A DNA stretch of 64,000 bases. Origin: the human T2T-CHM13v2.0 reference genome, Homo sapiens. The notes below the pieces were generated by a model that was not told the DNA's origin, searched no databases, and saw nothing but the letters and a program-made list of their open reading frames with translations. The position numbers were made by a program, and so were the translations under genes. How positions within the stretch are numbered: the stretch's first letter is position 1; each line of letters opens with the position of its first letter. Location: NCBI RefSeq assembly GCF_009914755.1, contig NC_060927.1; one strand, given 5' to 3'. Below are positions 48,001 through 59,682 of this stretch, in pieces.

Positions 48001-51000
48001 TATGGAACCATATTTACAATTTATTTGTAAATGGTTTGAAATAAAAATTAGATAGAGATGGAAAGAGAGAGAAAGAAGATTAAAGCAAATGTGATAAAAT
48101 TAACATTTTAAGACTTAGGGTAAAGGATGGCTTGAAATTCTTTGTATTAATTTTACAACTTTCCTGTAAGTATAAAATTATTTCAAAGGAAGAAAAATTA
48201 AGGTTAAATATTGCCATAAACAAAAAGAAGAGATATGTACTAAATTGAGAAAAATATATATACTGTTTAAGATAGAAAATGAATTAATTCCCTAATATCT
48301 AAATCATTAAGAAAAAGACAAATACCACAATAGAAAAGTTAAACAAACAGGTTAAGTTATAAAAGGTGAAGTTTGAGTCACCAATCAATGTGTGTGTGGG
48401 GGGGGTATATAGTCAAATTTATAATCAATAAGAAAAATATAAAGTTTTGAAAGGCTTGATACAATTTTGCCTAATAAATTACCTCCTCAAAAACAAAGAA
48501 ATAGGCTAACTATACCAAAAATTTCTACATTTGGAGGGTATATACTTAAATGGAGGCTGAACTGCTGTTGGATGTCTCAATTGGTCCAATAATCTGGCTA
48601 AAATGTGAAAACAGAAAAAGTTTTTAAAGCTGTTCAGTCCCTTTGACCCATCATTTCCTTTAACATAGTAGAGTTTATCCAGAGGGAAATTATCGGAAAG
48701 ATGCAAAATTATGTACAAGGCAGTTCATTATATATTCATCATGTCAATATGTAATAAATATGTATTCATCGTATATTATTTATAACAATATTATGTTAAT
48801 AGCCTAATAATCAGGGACTATATCACCATATGATGAATTACTAAGTAGCCATGAACAAATCCCTTTGAGGAAGCGTGTTTATTGACAGCAGGAAATGTTA
48901 ACAATATGTACAGTGTTAACATTAGTTATTTTTGAATGGTGTCATTATTTTGCCATCAGTAACCTTTTGAAACCATGGAAAGCCATTCTACGTAGGTTGT
49001 AGGACATATGCACCACCGTGAATCTATTTCTGAAGGAAGAAATGGCCATTAAGAAGCAGCTGAAAAACCTAAGGGACACCTGAAGGTCCACCTTTGAAAA
49101 ATGGCATGGGCTTCACAATAAAATGCCGAGTTTTCCCAACTTAAATGTTTTGTCTGACTCTGAAAAGCTTGTTCAGTAGGACAGTCTCAAAACACAAAAT
49201 GCACTGCCTCAGTGTTCACTTTTTCTTTATACTCAACCATCAATGTATGTATGCCTTACTTTATGAACATGTGATTTATAAATATTCAAATTTGAGAAGT
49301 GGAAGGGGAACTAGGGATGAACTGCTTTCACTTTCTCATTATTAGATAAGGAATTCAAGATCTAGGGAGATGACGTGACTTGCTTAGTTAACTTAGCAAA
49401 AGGAGACTCTAGCTTTGATATTCAACATTTAGCATATTCGCATCTCAGCCTAAATTGCCCTATGCTGTTGATCATGGTTTTATCCAAAATAGAGCTCATA
49501 TATCCATAACACATAAACAGGTTCTACAATTAATGAGAAAAAGACAAAAACTACAGTGGGCAAATGGACAATCACTATGAACAAGCAAGTTACAGATGCA
49601 GAAATGCGAGTGGTGAATAAACATGTAAAAAATGCTCAACCTCAGTTGTCATAAGGGAAATTTTTAAAAACCTGGGTTGTTCTCAGTTTTGCTTAACACA
49701 TGAGCCCTCCCAAAGCAAGCTCACAGGAAACAGTACAAAGATCACATGGTGGGAAATTTTGGGGTAACATCTGAAAGCTCCTATCTATCTTGGCACGCAT
49801 CCCTTCCCTGCTACAGAGGGATACTCAAGAATAATGCCTTGATAAAGAAAATACCTTCCCACAGTAGGGAAGCTAAACAAACAAGCAAGTCACAAAGAAG
49901 TCCAAGTTAATAACTGAATGGGGAATACATTATTCACATTAAAGGCATCATAATAGAGTGACTTTAAATTACTGGAGGCCCAGTTTCAATGAAAACGTCA
50001 AGTACTTTGCCAGCTTTATGCCATATCCTAATATCATACAGCCAGGTTCAGCGCAAACATAATGGGTCTTTGTTTTTGCCTCTTCCAGCACAGTTTGAAT
50101 TCTTGGTTTCCTGTTCAGTCAAGGCCAAAAGCCTCTAACTTTGGTATTTAACATTTTAGCTACTCATATCTTGGAACAAATTTCCCTATGCTGAGGATCA
50201 CGGTTTTATTAAAAATAGAGCTCATTATATTGTCATCAATGTCAGCAGAATTTCCCTCAGATTATCTAGGAAGTGATGCTTAATTCCAGACAGATAAAAT
50301 ATTGTATCAAGGTACTTTTTTACTTCCTTCTTTAAGAATTGTATTTTTTTTCTTGTTTCTGCTGAGGTTGGAAGGAATCGCATTTTTCAATGAATGATTT
50401 CATATAGTCCTAATTTCAAATTAGGTGGCGTAAAGCAGTGAGAAAATTTTGGCAAGACCTGACTCTACTGTAGCTTATATTAAGTAACCTCAAAAAATAA
50501 ACAATTATTCATTCGAGTTAGTGCAAAGTACATAAATTTAATAAGCATTGCGGTTGAAAGAGCCTACAAAAAACATGCCTCATTTATCTGAAAATGCTGA
50601 CCTGTTCTGTTTGAGGAAAATAGATTCCATATTAACTACTGATCATCTAAAAAATGATTTTCTTTTCATAAGGGTTTAATTGATTTCCTGTGTTGAATAG
50701 CAGTAATATTATCTATTATGCTTTTCAAAGGAAAAATATGCACATTTGGCCTTTGAAGTATGCTCCTAGAGCAAGCACTTAGTTCTGACAGCTTATAACT
50801 TCATTATGGTCTTCCTTTGGGTTTCTTAAAACATGTACCCCTGAGCCCACTGCAATCGAAGGAGGGAAAAGAACATTGTTTTATCTCATACACAAACAAG
50901 GGCATCTAAAGTAATGATTTTCTCATATGAGCCCACTAACGTATACTGTACATGTATGTGTCTGGAGTAGGTTTCTTTTGAAAATAGAACTACAATTAGT

Positions 51001-51259
51001 TTCTCCACTATGAAGCAAATGCTGGAAGTGAAAACTCCCTCCTTCACTAGGAGGCAGCTGGGGTTCTGGCTCAGTCTGCGAGGAAAGCATCCCAGCTTCC
51101 ACAAGATGGGCTGAAAAGCTGGCTTACCCTAGAGCTGTCTAGGAGTGGGCCTAGATTCCTAGCTCAGCTCTCAAGCTGACTCAGACCTGGGGGCTCTGCT
51201 CAGTAATGAGATGGTTTGTAGCTAGAAGAGAACTGCCTGGACCACCCTGGGCTCTAGAA

Positions 51260-51475
51260 CAAGGGTCCACAAAGTATGGGCCAAAGCTGACCTGCTGCCT
51301 GTTTTATAAATTTGTAGTAAACCACAGCCAAGTCTATTTATTTACATATAGTCTATGGCTTTTCATGCTACAATGGCAGAATTGAGTAATTATGACAGAC
51401 ACTGTATGGGCTGCAAAGCCAGAAATATTTATTCACTGGCCCTTTACAACAACAATAAAAATTGCCAGCCCCTGA
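51260..51475. mobile_element. MER58A-like (hAT)
   Basis: tttacatatagtctatggct...ctacaatggcagaattgagta...tggccctttaca...ttgccagcccctg. Confidence 0.75.
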
Positions 51476-52339
51476 TCCAGAGGAGCTGGAATGAATGGTC
51501 ACTCTCCCTAGATGAACTGCACTGTACCTAGAACTAATCCCCACAGCAAGCGAAGACCATTTTATTACCTACTTTTACACCATGTTTTGCCATTTCATAT
51601 GTCTTGGGGTATGTTCTTTGAGTCCAGATCTTTGGACACTTTTTCAGGTGGGCAAATTATCATGGAGTAGAGAGCCATCCTTATAGCACCTGCTCTCACA
51701 CTGTCCTCCTTTATCAGAAAGGAATACTGTCCCTCCATTTTGCAGCGTGGCTACCTGCTGTCTGGTATCTGTGTGCTCACACCTGCGTGTGCCTGCAAAG
51801 ACTTAGGCCATCACTCCTCCTGACTGAGATTGCCATTCATCCCAACAGAAACATTGAGGCTGTAGCTAAGGTTGAATGTGTTGGTTTATGACGTAGAAGG
51901 AGTGCGATTTTAGTGGCGGAGAATTTGACCTAGTTGGCAGTGGAATAGATGTGGGAGTGGGTGCGTTTTGGTGCCTGTTGATGTGAAATAAGAAGATATG
52001 TGATTCCGATGCCCTCAGCTCCTACAGGTGTGAATCATTGTGATTTGCCCAGGCACCCCATCTTTTTGCTATATCAGGAGCTCCAGTACGGGTGGGTAGA
52101 GAGGCTGGGCAAAGATGCTGGGAGAGTTAAAGTTTATGGTCATTGGGAGGCTTCAAAACTTTTAGAAGGCTGAGTGGCAACTTTCAGTTGCTTCAGTTTC
52201 TCAGGTCTACTGGAGAATAAGTTCTTGGAGCAATTTGTCCTACATGTTTAGCTTATCATAGGGTGGGGAGGTGACATGAATAGATAATCAAAGGTCAGGC
52301 TGCATCCTCGACACACAGAGGTCTATGAGGACCTGCCCT

Positions 52340-52353
52340 GTTGCCATGGTAAC
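52340..52353. promoter_or_regulatory. RFX X-box motif
   Basis: GTTGCCATGGTAAC, 13/14 match to the palindromic X-box GTTGCCATGGCAAC; occupancy not shown. Confidence 0.6.
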
Positions 52354-52990
52354 AAAAAGGACAGTGGTGGACTTGCTGCTAGGCTGGAAGGTATATAGCT
52401 GAGGTCATAAACTCACAGCTCATGGGTTGATTCTAGTTAGCAGACATATTTCGACTGAGCCATAAGTCTATAAAATTTTTATAAGTTATTTGCTAACATC
52501 TAAAATTTGGGATATTTCATTTAAAATCCGAATTTCCAACTTCTCTTGCAAATTTGAAATCTCTGGACACATGGGGCTTCATTCCTTCTTGTCAGTGATT
52601 GCTTAGAGTGGGAGATGGCTTCCTTTTAGAGAGAACCAGAGTTCTCCAGCTTTGTTTACTTGTTTTTCCTTTTACCTAACCTTTGTCATCACTGGTGTTA
52701 TCAGCCTATTCCCTGGCACCACTGAGTGTACAACCATCGCTCTATAAATTGCACAAAGAATTTGTGCTATTGCAACCTTGTATTCCTCCAAGGTCATTCT
52801 GCCTCTCCTTTGACCCTTGCTAAGAGTTTTATAACTGACTTATACCTTACATGACCTAATCATATTCCATTCTGACTCTACTGCTGAATGGAATAAACAG
52901 CCAACTTCTGAAAATATACACTTTCTGTGGTCACAAAGTATGTAGAGCCATTTATTATATTAATTGGAATGACTGTAAGAAGTAAACATA

Positions 52991-53174
52991 CACCGGGTGC
53001 AGTGGCCTACTGTAAATCCAAGCACTTTGGGAGGCTGAGGTGGGAGAATCACTTGAGCCCTGGGAGGTTGGGGCTGCAGTAAACCATGAGTGCACCACTG
53101 CACTCCAGCCTGGGTGACAGAGCAAGACCCTGTCTCAAAAAAAAAAAAAAAAAAGGAAAAAAAAGAAAAGAAAA
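52991..53174 (+). mobile_element. Alu monomer (FRAM-like)
   Basis: Single arm with a long A-rich tail; agtaaac on both flanks. Confidence 0.85.
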
Positions 53175-53439
53175 TAGTAAACTTAGTGTGCAATGGCTAA
53201 AGGATGGCTAAAAATGAATAGTCATTTCCTCTCCATCACCTTTCTGGTGAGGATGCATCTTATATCAGAAGAAGATGGAAGTACATTTCTAGGGAGGTAT
53301 TCACAGGATTTAATAACACTTATTGGTTTGGAAATAACGGTTGCTAAAACTCGCAAGTTAATCTTTAAGAATCTATAATTTCACTCTAGGTGGAACAAAA
53401 ATGGAGGCACACAAAGAAAATGTAAAAAAAAAAAGATAC

Positions 53440-53461
53440 CTGTCATACTGTTGGGAGTCAT
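53440..53461 (-). CDS. THRB: THRB (TRbeta1) first coding segment, codons 1-7 plus 1 nt (MTPNSMT-G), within the 64-nt exon 53503-53440
   Basis: Minus strand reads ttttccttgtag|GAGATG...CCT ATG ACT CCC AAC AGT ATG ACA G|gtatct: canonical AG acceptor with pyrimidine tract and GT donor. The peptide is the known TRbeta1 N-terminus and joins in phase 1 to the exon at 14839. Confidence 0.97.
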
Positions 53462-53503
53462 AGGTTAGTAATCATTCTGGATCCCTTTTTTCACTGACAT
53501 CTC
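53462..53503 (-). other. THRB: THRB 5'UTR part (42 nt) of the start-codon exon
   Basis: Lies between the acceptor AG (plus-strand ct at 53504-53505) and the ATG at 53461. Confidence 0.9.
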
Positions 53504-53846
53504 CTACAAGGAAAAAATACAAAAAAAATCACAGATTATAATCTGCATTTTCCATAATGGTTTTGTTCCAAACAATATCATATGCATTAATTACCTTGAA
53601 GCAATATTTGTTACTCTCAACTCAGAACTGGGGACACCGAAGCATAGGTGGGCTATGTGATATGTGTAAATTTGTAAGACCTCTTAATTTTCATCTCAGG
53701 GTTCCTTCTATAAACATGTTTTAAAAATAAATTTTTTATCAAGGTCACATTTTTCCATCTCAGATTTTTAAGAAAGCTACCAGCTCACAGATTTGCTGTT
53801 TATCCCGAGAGTGGCTAAGATGTATTAGCATCTCTAATCTAGATCT

Positions 53847-53998
53847 TGCTTCTCAAGGTGTGGTCTGTGGGCCAGCAGTCTCGACATTGCTTGAGAGCTT
53901 GTGAGAAATAGAAAATTTGGGCATCCCCTCAGTCAGAATCTGCATTTGGACAAGACCCCCAGGTGATTCATGTGCACTTTAAAGTCATAGACACACTG
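53847..53998. mobile_element. MER5A-like
   Basis: gagcttgtgagaaat...tcagaatctgcattt...ccccaggtgattcatgtgcac. Confidence 0.7.
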
Positions 53999-55159
53999 CC
54001 CTAGAGAACTGAATCCATATTCTCATCTGCCCATTTATGACTTGTCCTAGTCAGAGCTGAACTCCCCACCTCACCACTACCTTAATGAGATCCAAGAGCA
54101 ACAGTCAGACTTGGCCCTCAGGCTGGGGATGGAGGCCTGGTATGCATCAGTGGCCAGAGGTGCACTGACCCAGGGAAGAATGCCAAGGAAGGGTGCACAC
54201 AGGATGACACAGATGGACACTGGTGGGTGATGAACCTGGGTCACAGTCCTTCAGCATATTGCTGGAGACAGATTAGGATTAGCTTTCTTTTTCTGGAGTG
54301 TGTTCTGTGGCCAGTGGTAGATGGTGGTAGCATTTTGGCTTAGGAATAGCACTGAAGCCTGAGGCATGGGCTTGAGGTCCAACGTTGTAATATACTACTA
54401 GCTGTGGGATCAGAGGAAGTAATTTCAAAGCACTGGAAACACGATTTCTTCAGTGTAAGATGAGGAAACTAATACTTGTCCCACTTATTTCACAAGGCTG
54501 GTATTTCTGAGGTTTGAAGATGCTGTGAGTGGAAGTGCTGGGTAATCTATAACGTACTGTGCCCATGAAAGGGAGGAACAATCTTGTTAAATAACTGGTT
54601 GGAGAAGAAGAAGAACGAGGCAGAGGAAGTGTGTGGATTATGTTTACAACACAGATTTATACATAGCCATTCATGCTCTGTCTCCACATCTAATGCTGCA
54701 GCAATGACTTCAAACCTTGATCATACTTCTTGTCCCATTCTGTGGAAATTACATGTTTACACGGCTGCCTTTCCCACCACACTGTAATCTCTTTATGGCA
54801 GAGACTGCCTTTCTCATGTTTATATCTTCTACACTGAGTGGAATGTCAGATACATAACAGGTACTCAACAATATATGTTGAACAACTAAATAAAATAAGA
54901 TGAATGAAGTTGATATAGCATAGTGTAAGCTGCCAAATTGGCACCTGATGGAGAGGATGAGTATTCACTGCTAGGAAAATGCATTCTTGCCTCTGATTAG
55001 CTGGTCAAGGGTCTCTACCACAAGCCCTTTGTCCCATCTTTGTTCACCTGTCCAGCAGCATTTTGAGTGAGAGGCACCAAGTTCTGAGCTGCTGTAGGTG
55101 AGAGCACAGGTCGTACCTACAGTATTGCGGGTCCTGACTCTGTTGCTCCTCTTAGAAAC

Positions 55160-55690
55160 TGTGCTGCCATTAACCACCCCCTCTGAACCCATGGAAGCTG
55201 CCATGTTTTCACATGCTACCACTCCTGAATATTCTAAAGAGGTGGAGGAACTTGGCTTGGACTGTGCCCCACCTCTGGCAAAACTGGCTTAAGACTTGAG
55301 GTGGACTAGTAAGATGATTTTTCAGGGTGAAAGAAAGGGAGGGATTGAGGGAGAGAGAAAGAGATATTATCTAGTTCCTCTCTAGGGACAGAATTTATCA
55401 GAAGTTAAAACTCTAACACTGAGACCATATCTCTCAGCCACCTGGAAAAAGTCCATTTGAAGGTGAGAGAGAGGATCCATCTGACATTCACAGACAGCCT
55501 GAAGTGGAAGGAGAAAGCTGTGGTGTCTCTCGGCTCTTCCTGAGGCCCAGCTGTATCCTCTTCTACTCCTCCAGGGATTTGGCTATTCAGCCCTTCCTTG
55601 GATGCCCTCAGTAAAATATTACCCTTTTTACAATAAGCTGGTTTGACTTAGGTTTCTGTCACTTGCAACCAAAAGAATCCTGACTGATAA
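55160..55690 (+). mobile_element. Old MLT1-like LTR
   Basis: Ends with ggtttctgtcacttgcaaccaaaagaatcctgactgata, the MLT1 3' terminus. Confidence 0.6.
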
Positions 55691-57841
55691 TATTAAAATA
55701 CAACATTAATACAAATGTGTCAGCATAGTTTTGTATGCTTTTTATTGTCTTGAAGGCGAAGCTATAAAATCCCAGTTATGTCCTTATGATATTATCAGTT
55801 AAAAATATCTTCATTTTCAAAATTCCAATTGAATAGGCATATGAACTATAGGAAATTATTGTGTGTGGGGCGGAAAGTATCTAGGAATGGAAAAAATCTT
55901 AATTCTATATAAGACTTTAAAAATAGTGTTATCACCACAAAATTTGGTACCAATTTTTCTGTTTAGTACTATTTTCCTTCAACTATAGTACAATTTAGTA
56001 CTTCAGTATTTTAGTGTTACTGTTACTATATAACAGATATAGTATTACTAATACTATTAATAGTATACTAGTGTTACTTTTACTGTAGTATTTTGGTATT
56101 ATTTAGTATTTAGTAGTATTTAGTACAATTTTCCTTCAGTGAGCTCTAGAGTTTTCAATGTAATTCCAGTAAAGCTTCTAACAATCCCCCAGGGAAGGCA
56201 GGTGTCCCGGGGCCTCCTTTCCTGGTCTCCTGTCCTACATGGTGGGTGTTGGTAAAATGCTCTGTACTGAGGAGGGGAATCCCAAGATGGTCCTTTCCAC
56301 AGCCTTGGCAGAGGCCTGGAGCTCACCAGCAAATCATGGGATCAAAGGAGAAAAGAAAGTCCAAAAGAACTTAAAAGTAAAGCAAGCTGAGTTTCTTTAT
56401 TTGCCAGGAAGGAAACAAAAACAGCGAAGGGCTTTGTAGGTCAGTGAGGAGGAAGGGTCAAGGAGTTGTTGGGTTAGAAAGGGGTGGCTACGCTAATGAA
56501 GGATTGACACCTAGCATCTGTGTGTCATTCATTAAAACATGCCCTGTTTCTCTCTGGTCAGGTAAGGGTTTTCAGTTAGATCCAGTGAGGGTCTGTGTAC
56601 CACGGCCCTTCAAAGTCGATGGTCCTTTAACTGCTTCAACAGTTCAGCACTAGGGGAAGGGAAATGCCATTCCATTTAGTCTTCTAGGCAACTGCTACCC
56701 AAGTAGAGAATATCCCTTTGACATGGGTCATTCATTTGTTTGGTTATCGCGAGGCCTTGGTTGAGGCTACTCTGTTTAGGCAATGCCCTAGGTTTTGTTT
56801 AAAGACAACACTGTGGCCTGTCCACAAGCAGCTTCTAAACTAACATAGGGAGAGAATTGCACCAAATAAATGCAAAAATATATACAGGTTTCACCTTACC
56901 TGTCTCTTCAGAGTAGACTGGGGCCATGAGAGAAGGAAAGGTCATTTCTACTTGGGCTTATTTGGGGAGGATTTTGAGTGGAGGTGACCCCAGACCTTTA
57001 GGCCCTTCTTTCAAATAGACCTATCCCCAGGTTATGATTTAACCCTTTGTTCTCATCCTTGTGCTCCTAAGGCCCATGGACTACCCTGCAAGGAATGAGC
57101 TTCATACAGAAAAACTGGGTGGTGCCTTTACATTACGCAGGTTTTAAGCAGGGGTGTGATAAGACCCAATGTGGGTTTTTAAAGCTTTACAGCAGCTCGT
57201 GGGTGGAAAGCAGACTGGTCAGGCCACGGCAGGTCCAGAATAGAGAAAAAGGTGCTGGAACTTGAGTGGAGGTGGTGGAGATGGTGAGAGGGCTAGGTGT
57301 TTAAGTGACATTTAAGAGGTAGAAACAAGACTTGTGAAGAATGTGATATGAGCATTTAACACTGGGATAAACACTGCGGATGCAGATAGGTTAAGATTGG
57401 AGGCTCTCTGCCCTCAAGGAATTTACAATCCATTTTATAAGCTGGTTGGGAAGGAACAGCTAAAAATAAAAGTCACAGATGCCATGTGCCAAGGGGTGGT
57501 GCTGAGAATCATGCAGGTGGAGCCTTCCTCTGCCAGTTCTACCTGTTCTCAGCCCAGTGCTGTGTCCCTTAAATAAAGCTCATTCCACTCATTGGAAGAG
57601 TAGAAAAGCAGGCATTCACCTCTCAAACACACAAAGTGTGTTTGTATTTTAAAAATCCAAATGATGGTAAAGTTATTATTGAATCCTCTGAAACTGAAAA
57701 GTAAATGGAATTATTATCAACACTTAGTAAATAGGTCCAGGAACTTTGGAAGGCCTTGGGTTCCATGCCACACTGTGAACTGTGGCTGCTGCTAATTACT
57801 CTAACAGCATCTTGGGCTGCATGGACAGAAATATAGCCTGT

Positions 57842-57967
57842 AGCTGGGCACAGTGGCATGCACTTGATACTCTTAGCTACTTGGGAGGCCAAGGTGGGAA
57901 GACTGCTTGAGCCCAGGAGTTTGAGACGAGCCTGGTCAACATAGTGAGACCCTGTCTCAAAAAAAAG
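57842..57967 (+). mobile_element. FLAM-like Alu monomer
   Basis: Left monomer only; TSD agcctgtag encloses the monomer plus the GAAA tract. Confidence 0.85.
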
Positions 57968-58067
57968 GAAAGAAAGAAATAAGAAAAGAAAAAAAGAAAG
58001 GAAGAAAGAAGGAGGGAAGGAAGGAAGGAAAAGAAAGAAAGAGAAAGAAAGAAAAAGGAAGAAAGAA

Positions 58068-58111
<44 letters not shown>

Positions 58112-58142
58112 AAAATAAAGAAAGAAAGAAAGAAAGAGAAAG
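57968..58142 (+). repeat. (GAAA)n/(GGAA)n polypurine microsatellite grown from the FLAM tail
   Basis: Directly visible; about 175 bp, almost purely purine. Confidence 0.95.
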
Positions 58143-59611
58143 AGCCTGTAGGACATTGGTCAGACCACATGTGGGCTGCTACATTTTAAGAAGGATGTCT
58201 CATGTACAATATCCTGGACGATGGAAAACGTATCTTAAGGAAACATTGAAGGAAACCTAGAAAAGGGAAGAGTCACATGAGGGGTAGAGAGTGGTCTTCA
58301 AATATCTGAAAAGCTGTCACGTGGAACAGAGTGCAGGCATGTTCAGTGGACAGAGAACGGGTGGAGAGATGCTGTTGGAGACTGCTGAGGGGCCTTTCCC
58401 TGCCCTGCCTGACGTCTAAGAAGATGCATGTCTCATAGGCTGGGATGGCCACACAGAAGAACACAGTCTCCTTACCTTGCACTGCTTTTTGCTCTCAGGG
58501 CATGTTAAGCCTCTCTTGAGATGACCTGGGTCTTTAAGCTGCAATAAAGCAGGCGCTGTGTGTATGAAATGGCTTCAGGGACAAGCTAAAATCCTGCTGC
58601 ATGTCCCTCACTCCTTCAAATTCTCCTTTAAAGCTTCATTCTTTAGCTGAGTGATCTCAACTATTAGGGAGTGTGCTCTCCTCAAGAAATGTAATGAAAA
58701 ATTACATTTCCATTTAATTATATCACTTGCCCCTCCCCTTGAAAAATGGGTAAGCCATTTGGTATATATTTTCAGAGGGTTCACAGATACTTTACACATG
58801 CAAAATCTACTCACAGCTGCCATATTAAGCTTTGGCTATGGACTTTGATCATTCTTAAAATGCAGATAGCTAATGGAAAAGATATAAGTTGATGTAAATG
58901 TGATCTAGTGAATAGAATGAAAAGGAGACACAAGAGCTATTTTTGGTTGGGAGCAAAGAGAAGAGAACCTACCAGCAGTAAATTCCTTTGTGGGTGGAAG
59001 ATGAGTTTCTAAAAAACAAGCCTGGAGGCTGAAGAGGAATCCATCAACCCAAGGATCTGTCTAGGGCTGCCCCATTAATCCCATCAGACACCAACTCAGG
59101 CTTTAGATCATTCAAGATGAATTACTCATGGAGCCCACTCCTGCAAGGGTTAGGTGAAGAACCAACCTGTAACTCAGGGGCAGAAGAGCTGAACAAGAGG
59201 GATACAAGATGTGTTTGAAGGCACTGAAGAGACTGTAATTAATTACACCTGTATGAGGGAACCCAATGGTGATATGTGAGTTTGGCTTTGGAAAAATGAG
59301 CTGGGATTTTTTTCCACGCCAGGGATGAAAAGCATGGCTTAGAAGTACCAAAAAAGCCCAGGGTATGTGACTGCAGGAGCGGGGCAGGAAGTGACCATGA
59401 ATGACACTGCAAATGTAGTTTCAGGCCAGATGGTGAAGAGTCTTGAAAGAGTTGCTGTGGAACTTGGGCTTTATCCTGTGAAAAATGGGGAGCCACGGAA
59501 GGTCTTTAAGCAGTGATCCAGTGTGAGAAAGGCAGCCCTGCTGCAGTGTGGAGGAGGCCTGCTTGGGAGGCTCACCCTTTGGTGGCACCTCTTTGAGTGG
59601 GATCATTGCTA

Positions 59612-59682
59612 TTAGGTTGATGCAAAAGCAATTGCAGTTTTTGCCATTACTTCTAATTGCTTTTGTTTTTGCACCAACCTAA
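59612..59682. mobile_element. MADE1 (Hsmar1 mariner-derived MITE)
   Basis: TTAGGTTGATGCAAAA...TTTTGCACCAACCTAA terminal inverted repeats with TA on both sides. Confidence 0.9.

Noticed and set aside
57623-58170. 177-aa and 97-aa F/L/S-rich ORFs
   Set aside because: Translation of the (TTTC)n microsatellite and the FLAM.
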